Part shown: in pieces, positions 21,259 through 31,522 of the stretch
How the letters are laid out: each line of letters starts with the position of its first letter
Numbering within the stretch: position 1 is the stretch's first letter
Assembly: GCA_005801205.1 (NCBI GenBank)
Contig: SYDJ01000111.1
Location: 636-64,635 of the forward strand
DNA length: 64,000 nt
Source of the DNA: Gammaproteobacteria bacterium
GTDB taxonomy: Bacteria > Pseudomonadota > Gammaproteobacteria > Pseudomonadales > Cellvibrionaceae
Direction of reading: 5' to 3'
Program-made: the position numbers and the translations under genes
Notes under the pieces: model-generated
Databases searched by the model: none
Told to the model about the DNA's origin: nothing
What the model saw: only the letters and a program-made list of their open reading frames with translations

Positions 21259-22653
21259 TTATGCCCGATGCAACGGCAAACTTACCCGAAAACACGCTCC
21301 CTCACCCGTAAAAGGTTCTAACTCCAAACGACCTCCATGTGCCTCCACAATGCCGCTGCAAACAGCCAAGCCCAAGCCCGTGCCTTTACCGGGTGCTTTG
21401 GTGGTAAAAAACGGCTCAAAAATTCGGCGCTCTACCTCTGGGGTTATGCCCGGCCCAGAATCTTGAATACGAATCAGCAGATTTGAGCTATCTGCTGCAA
21501 CTGACGATGCTATGCGCAATATTTTTTGTGGCGATTCCTGCATGGCTTGTTGCGCGTTAATGATGAGATTGCTTATGACCTGATGAACCTGATCAGCATC
21601 CACAGATACGCTAGGCAAATGCTCCCCCAGTTCTAAGTGCATTTCAATGTGATGCTCGCGCAATTTGGGTTCCAACAATTCGAGCACATGTTTTATCAAT
21701 TCATTCATATCAACCGATGCACAGGTTGGCGGTTGATTCCGCGCCATCGACAAAAAAGTCGTGATAATCGTTGCGCACCGCTCGGCGGCTTGGCGAATTT
21801 TATCGGCGCGCTTAAGAATGCGCGGATCATGCTCAACTTCCTGCAGCAACTGCGCTTGCCCTACCACGATGGTAAGCGGGTTATTCAACTCGTGAGAAAT
21901 GCCCGCCAAGAGGGTGCCCATTGCCGCTAATTTTTCATTGCGCTGCAGCATTTCGCGCTGACGTGCTATTTCTTGTTCGGCAGTGCGCTGAGTGTTAATT
22001 TTAATCACCAATGATTGGTAAAACTGCCAACGCGAATGCTGCTCAATGGTGTAACCGGCAAAAATGCCGATGACAGCGTTAGACACCAGAAAAAAATTGT
22101 TGGAAATAATATCAACGAGTGGCAAGTGTTTATAAAACGCAATGCAGTTGTAAAGCAACACAATCAAGCACACCGTCTGCAATGCATTCATAAAGCGCAG
22201 CCCAACAATAAATAACGTCCACGTAATACACAGATTGATGCCCGCGTAATAATAATGGCTGTATTGATTGTGGGTAATAAGCAACATGGCGAAAATACCC
22301 GTTGCAGCCACCATACTGGAGGTAAAAATAACCTGCTGGTGGATGCGCTGGAAAAACGGCTGAAAACTGATAAAAAATAACAGCGCCAACAGACTGCAAG
22401 TAACCGCGCGAATTCCCCATAGCGCCCACATAAGTTCCGGCACTAAGAGGTAATCCAGAAACGCAAAATTCAAATAGAGCACAAACGCCAAGACCAGCGC
22501 GATACGCACTTGCCGCGCGATGTTCGTTGCAAGATTGGTTTGATATTCCTGTTCCAGCCCAGAATCGCAAAATACCAAGGTGAGTGGATTAACAATGCGG
22601 TAGCGCTGACTAAAAGAAAGGCTGGCGGACGTATCTACGATCAAATCGCTCAT
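21259..22653 (-). CDS. Membrane sensor histidine kinase (about 6 TM helices, HisKA, HATPase)
   Basis: H-box ISHELNNPL, N-box NLIINA, DSGPG, FEPFFTTK, GTGLGL. Confidence 0.93.
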   Translation of the reverse strand: MSDLIVDTSASLSFSQRYRIVNPLTLVFCDSGLEQEYQTNLATNIARQVRIALVLAFVLYLNFAFLDYLLVPELMWALWGIRAVTCSLLALLFFISFQPFFQRIHQQVIFTSSMVAATGIFAMLLITHNQYSHYYYAGINLCITWTLFIVGLRFMNALQTVCLIVLLYNCIAFYKHLPLVDIISNNFFLVSNAVIGIFAGYTIEQHSRWQFYQSLVIKINTQRTAEQEIARQREMLQRNEKLAAMGTLLAGISHELNNPLTIVVGQAQLLQEVEHDPRILKRADKIRQAAERCATIITTFLSMARNQPPTCASVDMNELIKHVLELLEPKLREHHIEMHLELGEHLPSVSVDADQVHQVISNLIINAQQAMQESPQKILRIASSVAADSSNLLIRIQDSGPGITPEVERRIFEPFFTTKAPGKGTGLGLAVCSGIVEAHGGRLELEPFTGEGACFRVSLPLHRA

Positions 22654-22818
22654 TTGTTTCCCTGCAATGGACTAGAGGCGATGAGTATAATATTTATTCG
22701 TAACGCGTGGGTAAAGCGAACGTCCATGACTAGTCAACCATAAAGATGGTAGCAAGGTAACCAGCGTAAATTTGGGCTACCCACATCAGTGATTCATATC
22801 GAACAAAGATGCCGCAAC

Positions 22819-24027
22819 CTAATCAGGCTGCGATGACGAGGGTTCCTCTTCTGCGGAAACAGCCTGAGATTTTTTATATTCGCGTGGCGTCACTCCCACT
22901 TGCTTTTTAAAACAGCTATTAAAGGTGGTTTTACTGTTAAACCCAACTTCATACATTATATCGAGGATGGTGGAATTTTTATGTTTTTCATCCAGCATCA
23001 AAACCTTAGCTTCCTCAATACGATACTTATTAACAAATTCATAAAAGCTACATTCATAATAACGATTAATTAAAGAAGACAGCGCCCTAGGTGACCAGCC
23101 TAACGCGTTGGCGAGATTCTCTAAGTTAAAATGTGGGTCTAGAAATAGCTTTTTCTCTCGCATGATACTTTCTAAGTATTCAATTTCATTAGGGTCAACA
23201 AGGAGATTGCCTTGTGTGTTATCAGGCACCTGAATATATTCCAGCTGCTCAACACTGCCAGAGCGAATACAAATCGATACTAAAATAACGCCCAGCAGGA
23301 AACAGGTCACGTAATTTGACACTAAGCCCATTAAACCAACCGCAACGGGTAAGGCATAGTGATTGTTAAAAATGAGCCCTGCCGCAATGAATAAGCCCCA
23401 AATCCACATAGCAAAAAAACCGTACACAAGGATCTTTACCCATAAGAATGCAGCATCGTTAAAATGGGCAAACTTATGATGCATCATCGAAAAATAACGA
23501 TGCATCTCCTGCAAACATAAAACACCAAAGTAAACTCGCAACGCTGCACGCAGGAACACAATAAAAAAAATTGAAACCGATTCAGTCGCTAGTTCATGAT
23601 TGCGCTCAAGCTGTATCTTCCCCACCGTTGGCATTGAGTGGTAAGCAATGAGCTGATGGGCAAAAAACAATAAAAATGGCGTCAAATACCACAAATCAAC
23701 TAAGCGTAAACGGTAATCTTTATAGACAAGCGAGCGCAAATACCAGAGCAAAAAAGGCCCTTCTAACCAATAGCCCATTTCAAACACATAAAACCAATCG
23801 GGAATGTGCTCTATTGCAAAAGGGTGAAAAGCATCGCCGAAACTAATGAGTGTATCTAAAGGCGTGGCAGCATTTGCCAAGAAAAACAAAGTGACAAAAA
23901 TGCCACTTTTAACTTGCTGCCGATTTAACAAAAACAACGCAGCTGCCAGTAGCACGCATTGATATATCGTAATCAGCAAAACAACATCATGGGTGTTAAA
24001 TAAAATTAAATACAAATTATTGCGCAC
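22819..24027 (-). CDS. Membrane-integral AraC-family transcriptional regulator
   Basis: About 7 hydrophobic helices followed by an AraC domain (SFYEFVNKYRIEEAK..I.YEVGFNSKTTFN..FKK..G.TPREY). Confidence 0.9.
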   Translation of the reverse strand: MRNNLYLILFNTHDVVLLITIYQCVLLAAALFLLNRQQVKSGIFVTLFFLANAATPLDTLISFGDAFHPFAIEHIPDWFYVFEMGYWLEGPFLLWYLRSLVYKDYRLRLVDLWYLTPFLLFFAHQLIAYHSMPTVGKIQLERNHELATESVSIFFIVFLRAALRVYFGVLCLQEMHRYFSMMHHKFAHFNDAAFLWVKILVYGFFAMWIWGLFIAAGLIFNNHYALPVAVGLMGLVSNYVTCFLLGVILVSICIRSGSVEQLEYIQVPDNTQGNLLVDPNEIEYLESIMREKKLFLDPHFNLENLANALGWSPRALSSLINRYYECSFYEFVNKYRIEEAKVLMLDEKHKNSTILDIMYEVGFNSKTTFNSCFKKQVGVTPREYKKSQAVSAEEEPSSSQPD

Positions 24028-24318
24028 GGTAAGGGACTCATTTTTTAATTTTTATTAGTTATGTTCAGTAGGGCTATCAATAAAAACCACTGAAATGTTA
24101 CATCCTGTGCTGAAGGCTCCATCTTAAAACGATATTGTTAGTCGCTCAGAACAGAGCAAACCGCAGTTTCACCTAAACACTCTAGCTGACAAGTTGTCAT
24201 GCATTAGACTTTTTTATTAGCGTAGATTGTAAACCTAAATGTTAAGGGCGTTAATTTAATCGCATTTATATGATTGTGGTGTTTTCAGATAATTAGCCTT
24301 ATTAGAATGCAACCTACA

Positions 24319-24564
24319 TCAATTATTGTTGTCGGGCGATACAATATGGATGACTTGCACATCCTGCGAATGTTCATCCTGTTGATTTACACGCGTTTGC
24401 AATTCGCTGGTCGCAATATTTAGCCGCATCTCTTCCTTAAAATTGCAGCTCACGCACTCGCGAAAATCTTTGCCATCAAGATTGAATACTACAATCGTAT
24501 CCATACTGGAGCAGCGCGGGCAAACCGCGCCCGCCATAAACCGCCGCTTGGTCGAGTAGGCCAT
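24319..24564 (-). CDS. YheV-family putative zinc-ribbon protein
   Basis: KRRFMAGAVCPRC...D...RECVSC; coupled to the prlC stop codon. Confidence 0.88.
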   Translation of the reverse strand: MAYSTKRRFMAGAVCPRCSSMDTIVVFNLDGKDFRECVSCNFKEEMRLNIATSELQTRVNQQDEHSQDVQVIHIVSPDNNN

Positions 24565-26636
24565 TACGCAGCCTCCTCAACCACAATACCAGAGTGACGT
24601 AAAAGGGCATCAATATTGGGTTCACGGCCGCGAAATTGAGTAAATAATTCCATCGGCGTTTTGCTGCCGCCTTGCTGCAAAATTTCACGCAAAAAGCTTT
24701 CGCCCGTCGCTGCATTAAAAATTCCCTCTTCTTCAAAACGCGAAAAGGCATCGGCAGATAAGACTTCAGCCCACTTGTAACTGTAATAGCCCGCCGCATA
24801 ACCGCCGGCAAAAATATGGCTAAAACTATTTTCAAAACGATTAAAAGCTGGCGGCTGCACCACCGCCACTGCATTGCGCACTTGCTGCAAAACCTCTTGC
24901 GCGCTGCGCGGGTTTTTAGGGTCGTATTCTGCATGTAAACGGAAATCGAATAATGAAAATTCAATTTGACGTAACATCTGCAAACCGGATTGAAAGTTTT
25001 TCGCCGCGAGCATTTTATCCAGCAAATTCTGAGGTAGAGATTCGCCCGTTTGATAGTGGCCAGAAATAAGCGGAATCGCCTCTGGCTCCCAGCACCAGTT
25101 CTCCATAAATTGACTTGGTAATTCCACTGCATCCCATGCCACACCATTAATTCCGCTCACTGCTGCTACATCAATTTGTGTGAGCATATGGTGAATACCG
25201 TGGCCAAATTCGTGAAATAACGTAGTCACTTCATCGTGCGTTAACAGCGAAGGTGTCTCTCCCACTGGTGGAGTAAAATTGCAGGTTAAAAAGGCCACTG
25301 GCAATTGCAAGCCTTTTGATGTTTTGCGGCGCACCCGAGCATCTGCCATCCAAGCGCCACCTTTCTTTTGCGCCCGCGTAAAAAGGTCTAAATAGAAACT
25401 GGCGATATGCTCACCATTTTTATGAATTTCATAAAAGCGTACTTCTGCATGATAACTATCAAATTCAGCAATTTGTTTTACCTGAATGCCAAACAAACGT
25501 GCAACCACCTCAAACATTCCGCTAATCACTTTTTCAGCTGGGAAATAAGGGCGCAATTCTTCTTGAGAGATGGAATATTTTTCTACACGCAATTTTTCAC
25601 TGTAATAAGTGGTATCCCATGCCTGTAAATCAGCGCAGCCATTGGCACTGGCAAACTCGCACAGTTCAGCATAATCTCGCGCAGCATAGGGTTTAGATTT
25701 TTGCGCAAGCGCCTGTAAAAAATCTAACACTTGTTGTGTGCTTTTCGCCATTTTGGTGGCGAGTGAACGCTCGGCGTAATTTGCAAAACCCAACAATTGC
25801 GCAAGCTCATGGCGCAACGCCAGTGTTTCCGCAATTATTTCCGTGTTATCAAATTCGGCGGTACATTCAATGTGATGCTCAGCATTAGTTTTTTGTGAAT
25901 GTTCAGTTGCACGCGTTACGTTCGCCGTATAAATTTCCTCACGTAGTTCGCGCTTCTCCGCATACATCATCACGGCGTAGTAAGACGGAAAATCTAAAGT
26001 AATTACATAACCGCTTAAGGATTTTTTCTGCGCAGCCTGTGCGGCTTGCGCCAAAGCAGATTCAGGTAAACCTTCAAGGGCATCCGCCGTTTCAAAATGT
26101 TTAAACCACGCTTGGGTGGAATCTAAAACATGATTGGAAAATTGTGTAGAGAGCTCAGATAAACGCTGCTGAATTTCAGCGTAGCGTTTTTTATGTTCAT
26201 CACTTAAGGCAACGCCGCCTAAACGAAAATCGCGCAGCGCATTATCTACTGCCTGTTTTTGCGCCTGAGATAATTGCGCGTATTCAGTGCTGTCGGCTAA
26301 TTGTTGATAGGCCTTAAACAAATTTTCATTTTGACTTAATTCAGTACCGTATTCGGTCAAGAGCGCAATGCTCGCGTTATAGGCATTGCGCATATCATCG
26401 TTATTGCGTACTGAATTCAAATGGCTCACTGGCGACCAAGCCTGATCTAACTTATCCCCTTGTTCTTCCAAGGGTGCTACTAAGGTTTCCCACGTCGGTT
26501 TAGTTAAATTGGCCAACAGATTGTGTAAGTAAGTGCGGCTCTCGCTAATAATTTGACTCACAGCTGGCTCAACATGTGCCGCTTCGATTGCGGAGAAGGG
26601 CGGCAATACATGGGATTCTAATAGGGGGTTAGTCAC
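24564..26636 (-). CDS. prlC: Oligopeptidase A (M3 family)
   Basis: FHEFGHGIH, WDAVELPSQFME, FSHIFAGGYAAGYYSYKWAEVL; start GTG 26636 with GGAG RBS. Confidence 0.96.
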   Translation of the reverse strand: MTNPLLESHVLPPFSAIEAAHVEPAVSQIISESRTYLHNLLANLTKPTWETLVAPLEEQGDKLDQAWSPVSHLNSVRNNDDMRNAYNASIALLTEYGTELSQNENLFKAYQQLADSTEYAQLSQAQKQAVDNALRDFRLGGVALSDEHKKRYAEIQQRLSELSTQFSNHVLDSTQAWFKHFETADALEGLPESALAQAAQAAQKKSLSGYVITLDFPSYYAVMMYAEKRELREEIYTANVTRATEHSQKTNAEHHIECTAEFDNTEIIAETLALRHELAQLLGFANYAERSLATKMAKSTQQVLDFLQALAQKSKPYAARDYAELCEFASANGCADLQAWDTTYYSEKLRVEKYSISQEELRPYFPAEKVISGMFEVVARLFGIQVKQIAEFDSYHAEVRFYEIHKNGEHIASFYLDLFTRAQKKGGAWMADARVRRKTSKGLQLPVAFLTCNFTPPVGETPSLLTHDEVTTLFHEFGHGIHHMLTQIDVAAVSGINGVAWDAVELPSQFMENWCWEPEAIPLISGHYQTGESLPQNLLDKMLAAKNFQSGLQMLRQIEFSLFDFRLHAEYDPKNPRSAQEVLQQVRNAVAVVQPPAFNRFENSFSHIFAGGYAAGYYSYKWAEVLSADAFSRFEEEGIFNAATGESFLREILQQGGSKTPMELFTQFRGREPNIDALLRHSGIVVEEAA

Positions 26637-26741
26637 AAGCAACTCCAAACAAATAGATTCGATAAAATATTCGCGTATGATACAGCTTAAAAAACGCCAT
26701 GGCTTTGAAAAACGCACTGACCTTGAAAACGAGAGTCCTTT

Positions 26742-27311
26742 ATGAAACACAATCAAAATCCCTTAAGCATTCGCAGTTACCAAGGCCAGCGCCCACAATT
26801 GGGCGACAAGGTCTATGTTGACCCCACTGCAGTCGTGATTGGCGATGTGCAAATTGGCGCAGATTCTTCGGTATGGCCCTACGCCATTATTCGCGGCGAT
26901 ATGCATTCTATACGTATAGGCGCACGCACCAGTATTCAAGATGGCTCCGTTCTCCATATCACCCACGCCAGCGATTTTAACCCTGCCGGTCATCCATTAA
27001 TTATTGGCGATGACGTGACTGTAGGTCATTCGGTGAATTTACACGGCTGTACGATTGGCAGCTGCGTACTCGTCGGCATAGGCTCCACTATTTTAGATGG
27101 TGCGATAGTAGAAGATGAAGTGGTCATTGGTGCAGGCACTTTAGTGCCACCGGGCAAGCGATTGGAAAGCGGATTTTTATATGTAGGCTCACCCTGTAAA
27201 CAAGCGCGCCCACTTAAAGATTCAGAGCGCGCTTTCTTTAAATATTCAGCGGGCAATTATGTAAAACTGAAAGATATTCATATTGTGGAATTAGAAGCTT
27301 TGGCTGAATAA
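26742..27311 (+). CDS. yrdA: Gamma-class carbonic anhydrase family protein (YrdA-like)
   Basis: Hexapeptide repeats, RGD, IQDG.VLH, VTVGH..LHGC; divergent from prlC as in pseudomonads. Confidence 0.9.
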   Translation: MKHNQNPLSIRSYQGQRPQLGDKVYVDPTAVVIGDVQIGADSSVWPYAIIRGDMHSIRIGARTSIQDGSVLHITHASDFNPAGHPLIIGDDVTVGHSVNLHGCTIGSCVLVGIGSTILDGAIVEDEVVIGAGTLVPPGKRLESGFLYVGSPCKQARPLKDSERAFFKYSAGNYVKLKDIHIVELEALAE

Positions 27312-27514
27312 TTTTTTCTCAAACCCTTCCTGAAAAACATTACAAAAATCCTTCTCGTGAATAAGAAGGGTTTTTGTTGTTAACTGCCTTCCCTTAGAAA
27401 AATTGAAAACTGGCAGCTTTTGAATGAAAAATTCACTAGATACAACTTGCATGTAGATTTTAAAAAGATAGGAACCCAAACAGTTAATTGCGAGAGTGGG
27501 ACTTAGCCCGCTCG

Positions 27515-29095
27515 TTATTTTTTATCATTGCAATAAAACTGACATTTTTTTGATGACGCTTGTGATTTCGTCTTTTTCTTTTCTTCCTCGGCAGCAAGCT
27601 CTGCAGCAAGCAAACGCTCCTGAGCTGCAAGCGCATCACGCTCAATTTCTTTGGCTTTTGCAGCTGCTTTTTCTTCAGCCGCTTTTTTTGCTGCTGCACG
27701 TTCGGCGGCTATTTTTGCAGCAAGTGTTTTTTCCAGCGAGCCTTTTTCTAACGCAAGTTTTTCTTTTTCGGCCCGTTCTTCCTCTAGCCGTTTGGCCGCA
27801 ATATTTTCTGCCTCTGCTTGCTCAGCAGCAACTCGCTCCTCCTCAGCTTTCTTTGCCGCAAGTTTTTCAGCTTCCTGCTGTGCGGCGCGCTCTAGCTCCG
27901 CTTTTTGAGCGGCCATTTGCTGAAGTAAAATTTCTTGATTCTTGTCGTGAGATAACTTGGTAAAAAAGGCCGAAACCAAACCAATTAAAAGCACTGCCAG
28001 TACACAAAACGTAATGATCAGTGTTCGGTTTGATTTCTGGCTCACCGTAGAAATACCACTGTTGTCCGCCGCGCGGTTGTTATCTGATTCAATTACGGGG
28101 GATTCTGCTCGTATAGCGGTTGCAGTTGACGCATAAAATGCCGTCATATCGTCTTTTGGATAGATTGCACCAGCCTGTTTCGGCTGTTCTGACACTTGTG
28201 AAGCAATATCGCTACTCTCAACTTTTGGGGGTCTAGAAAGAACACGAGTTGCATCCTGATCTACTTCTTTAACCAAGGATCCGGATTTCTGAATTGCTGT
28301 TAATGCGTTAATAAAATCTCTTGCCGTTTGATAACGGTCCCCTGGCTGCTTAGCCATAGCCTTAGCAACAACTTTATCAAGCACTGCCGGAATAGAAGGA
28401 TTAATGAGGTGGGGATACTTTGGCTCCACATGCACGACTTGATGCATGATGGTGATAGGCGACCCTGAAAAAGGCCTCATGCCAGTCAAGAGTTCGTAAA
28501 AAATAACGCCAGCAGCGTATAGATCTACTCTGTTATCAGTTGCAAAATCTTGAATTTGCTCAGGCGACATGTAGGCGGGAGTACCCATCATAGTGCCAAC
28601 TTGTGTTAGCTGGGATGACTCCAATTTGGCAATACCAAAATCAGCGACTTTCACTTGTTTAGCGGAGGTAATAATGACGTTAGAAGGCTTAATATCGCGA
28701 TGGATCACACCATTTCGGTGAGAATAATCCAGCGCCTCTAGTAACTGGCAAGTAATGTTAATGGCTTCATCTACAGAGAAATGGTGTTCATCATCTAAAT
28801 ATTTTTTTAAATCTGCACCCTCTACATATTCCATGGCAATAAACGCTGTATCACCATCTTCACCATATTCATACACAGATACTATATTTGAATGCGTGAG
28901 ACGCCCCGCAGCCTGCGCCTCTCGTAAAAAACGAACCAATATATCTTGCTCGCTCACACCGTCTAAATCTGATTTTTTTATGACCTTTATTGCAACAGCG
29001 CGCTCAATAAAAGGATCCACGCCTTCAAACACAACTCCCATTGCGCCCTTGCCTAGCTCTCTTTTGATTTTATATTTTCCGATTTTTTCCAACAT
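27515..29095 (-). CDS. Membrane-anchored Ser/Thr protein kinase (PpkA-like) with a C-terminal Ala/Glu/Lys coiled coil
   Basis: LGKGAMG, VAIK, HRDIKPSN, DFG, GTPAYMSPE; one TM (LIITFCVLAVLLIGLVSAFF); TolA-like helical tail ending in CQFYC. Confidence 0.9.
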   Translation of the reverse strand: MLEKIGKYKIKRELGKGAMGVVFEGVDPFIERAVAIKVIKKSDLDGVSEQDILVRFLREAQAAGRLTHSNIVSVYEYGEDGDTAFIAMEYVEGADLKKYLDDEHHFSVDEAINITCQLLEALDYSHRNGVIHRDIKPSNVIITSAKQVKVADFGIAKLESSQLTQVGTMMGTPAYMSPEQIQDFATDNRVDLYAAGVIFYELLTGMRPFSGSPITIMHQVVHVEPKYPHLINPSIPAVLDKVVAKAMAKQPGDRYQTARDFINALTAIQKSGSLVKEVDQDATRVLSRPPKVESSDIASQVSEQPKQAGAIYPKDDMTAFYASTATAIRAESPVIESDNNRAADNSGISTVSQKSNRTLIITFCVLAVLLIGLVSAFFTKLSHDKNQEILLQQMAAQKAELERAAQQEAEKLAAKKAEEERVAAEQAEAENIAAKRLEEERAEKEKLALEKGSLEKTLAAKIAAERAAAKKAAEEKAAAKAKEIERDALAAQERLLAAELAAEEEKKKTKSQASSKKCQFYCNDKK

Positions 29096-29147
29096 AGGCG
29101 CGCACTTCTAGGCTTTTTCGAATATTAATGAGCTCAAAAACCAACAA

Positions 29148-29181
29148 ATGGGCGTTGCCTTTATTGCAAGGCAACGCCCAT
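29148..29181. promoter_or_regulatory. 14-bp-stem hairpin between the PEGA gene and the kinase gene
   Basis: ATGGGCGTTGCCTT-TATTGC-AAGGCAACGCCCAT; followed by T-rich sequence on the minus strand, so it may be a terminator or attenuator. Confidence 0.6.
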
Positions 29182-29206
29182 CAGCGATACTCATAATTAC
29201 AGCTAA

Positions 29207-29887
29207 TTATTTTTGTGACAAACGACCGTGCAATTCTTCCATAAGCTGAGCATCTTCTTTAAATACGCGCTGCAGTGGAATCCACTGACCGCTTGCTGAA
29301 GTTTGCTCAGCCTCAACTCTAAACTTAAAAGTTAATGGGCTTTTTGAGGCAATAGAACCCAAAAGGCGGGTACGAATTTGATAGCTTCCTTGGGGGCTTT
29401 TGTAGGTCTTTACTTCGTAAATGGAACGAATATAACCTGATGTATTATCGATTTGCTCTAGGCTGGGGTATCTTGATGTCACAGCATCTACAATCTTTTG
29501 CCATACCTCACCCTCAGGAATGGCCGAATCAATTTGAATGCGAACCCAGTTATTAGTGGCATCGCTTGTGGTAGTGGCGTTCCAGCCTTCATCAGGAATC
29601 AAAGTGACATTAATCAAGCCAGTCTTAACCTCTTTAGACTTAGAGTTAAGAGTAATTGTCTGCTCAAAATATCCAGGTTTGCTGATAGAAACAATGTTGA
29701 TTCTTTCGCTACCGAAGTCCATTTTAGTTTGAGCAGGGGTAATCCCAATATCTTGGTTATTTAGAAGTACTTTAGATTCAGAAGGATTAGAAGTAATGGT
29801 AAATATTTTAGCCGCCTGCGCTGAAACAGCGAAAACCACTACAAAAACGCCACAAAAGAAACTGCTCAAACGCTTAGAATTCATCAT
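29207..29887 (-). CDS. Secreted PEGA-domain protein
   Basis: Signal peptide (..AVSAQA), ITSNPSESKVLLN..DIGITP...ISKPGY PEGA pattern; start set at ATG 29887. Confidence 0.78.
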   Translation of the reverse strand: MMNSKRLSSFFCGVFVVVFAVSAQAAKIFTITSNPSESKVLLNNQDIGITPAQTKMDFGSERINIVSISKPGYFEQTITLNSKSKEVKTGLINVTLIPDEGWNATTTSDATNNWVRIQIDSAIPEGEVWQKIVDAVTSRYPSLEQIDNTSGYIRSIYEVKTYKSPQGSYQIRTRLLGSIASKSPLTFKFRVEAEQTSASGQWIPLQRVFKEDAQLMEELHGRLSQK

Positions 29888-30273
29888 CTTCCTCACTGAA
29901 TAAAGAATGCAACAACCTGTGCCCGAGGGTACACAGAAATTATTTTTTTGATCAATTGCATGAAATGCAACCAAGATACCGAGAAACACAGACCTATTAT
30001 GATTGCAATGACAATAGTTATAGCATCAACCTCAGCATTATCCATTCATCGCCTAGCCAAGGGAATATCTACCCCAAGCATAATCATTGTGCTGCGTGAT
30101 TTGAGGCGATACTACCATCTCTGTTTTAAAAGCGCACTACCCTTCCAATCTAGAGGGAGCGCGCAACAATTTACCGTATCTCAGATCATCACCACCTACA
30201 CACTTTGATTTAGGCGTAGCTTTTAGATTGTTGAAATAATATGATTTTTCAAACCTATATTGAGGCTAATTAA

Positions 30274-31254
30274 ATGCACGATAATGTTTATGGTCCTGGC
30301 ACCCAAGCACCCACAGCTACCCCATACCTACCTCTTAGTACAGATGCAAACGCCAAACACCTCTATATCATCGATGGAACGGGTCCTGCAGATGATACAG
30401 AATATAAACTCGATATGAACCGCGGCTTTTGTTATAAGCTTTATCAACAAATTTCAGAATCTCATTACTCACGCGGCCCTACCAATAGCGGTTTTACTAC
30501 GTTTGATATCGCTGACGTGGTTTTAAAGAACATTTACCGCAAACTCAAAGACAACCCTAAGCTTCGCTTATATCTGGCTGGGCATAGCAGAGGCGGTGCA
30601 GCCGTTATTTACATTGCAAAAGAACTTCAAAAGGCAAAAATTAGTGTAAATGCAATGTTTCTATTTGATGCAGTAGACCGTGCCGTACAAGGCCCAGACC
30701 TACAAACGATTCCAAGAAACGTTAAAAATTGTTACCACGCGATGAGAGATAAGACAATTCAAAGCTACTATGACGGTGGAGTACAAAAATATCGTCAAAA
30801 CTGTACTGCCTTGCAATCACAAACCAGTACGGCATTCACTGGCACAGGGAATGTGATTGGAGGAACCGGCGTTGACTTTTCCACTTACAGTAAGAAAGCT
30901 GGGGACGATTGCGACAAAATGCTTGACTACATAACACAGAGCAAACTCATGCATACCAATATGCGGAATACAACCATCCTATCTAGGTTAGACCTCGACT
31001 TTGGAAATTGCGGCACAGAATATGAAGCTGGCTGCAACTTTGAAAGCAAAACATTTTTAGGCAGCCATGGCGCACTTGGCGGCGCCCCTATGGCGACTCA
31101 TCCGTTAAAAGATATACGCGATAGTGCCCCCAGACTAATGGCAAATTCAGATATGGCCGCTATGGCCAGCGTAGATGCATGGATGTCAAAGTGGCTTATA
31201 GAAGAAGGGATTTTTACTAGTGGGCAAACAATACTTAAGTACAAGTACTATTAG
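30274..31254 (+). CDS. Alpha/beta-hydrolase, Tle1/DUF2235-like candidate T6SS phospholipase effector
   Basis: IDGTG, LAGHSRGG, LFDAV, CYHAM, FLGSHGALGG mirror the Tle1 motifs DGT, GFSRG, FDTV, HA and G.HSD.GG; no signal peptide. Confidence 0.65.
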   Translation: MHDNVYGPGTQAPTATPYLPLSTDANAKHLYIIDGTGPADDTEYKLDMNRGFCYKLYQQISESHYSRGPTNSGFTTFDIADVVLKNIYRKLKDNPKLRLYLAGHSRGGAAVIYIAKELQKAKISVNAMFLFDAVDRAVQGPDLQTIPRNVKNCYHAMRDKTIQSYYDGGVQKYRQNCTALQSQTSTAFTGTGNVIGGTGVDFSTYSKKAGDDCDKMLDYITQSKLMHTNMRNTTILSRLDLDFGNCGTEYEAGCNFESKTFLGSHGALGGAPMATHPLKDIRDSAPRLMANSDMAAMASVDAWMSKWLIEEGIFTSGQTILKYKYY

Positions 31255-31522
31255 TGAGCCTTAGAACCAAATTTAAAATTTAAACAATTGGTGCATCGCG
31301 TGGTAATTTGAGACTCCAATGTGGTGGAAAGCATGCGTCACATCATTATTTGGCAGCAAGCAAAAAAATGTTATGCGAACAGCTAGCAGGGGGATCGTAG
31401 CCCCCTCCCCGCAATATACATCTCGCATGGTGATCTATTTTCTAAAAACTTTACGCAGTAAAAAAGTGCCCAAAAAAGTGATGGCGGTACGCATTCTGTT
31501 CCGCCAAACACCTTAATATTGT

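Noticed and set aside
24476-25147. 223-aa alternative-frame ORF overlapping prlC
   Set aside because: Lies almost wholly within conserved prlC and yheV coding sequence and has no motifs
27311-27515. Searched by eye for an att-site duplicate of the yicC 3' end at the left island border
   Set aside because: None found; only a terminator-like hairpin near 27345-27375, so the left boundary stays approximate
27620-27910. Repetitive GCT/TTT-rich DNA and overlapping plus-strand ORFs
   Set aside because: Explained by the Ala/Glu/Lys coiled coil of the kinase on the minus strand
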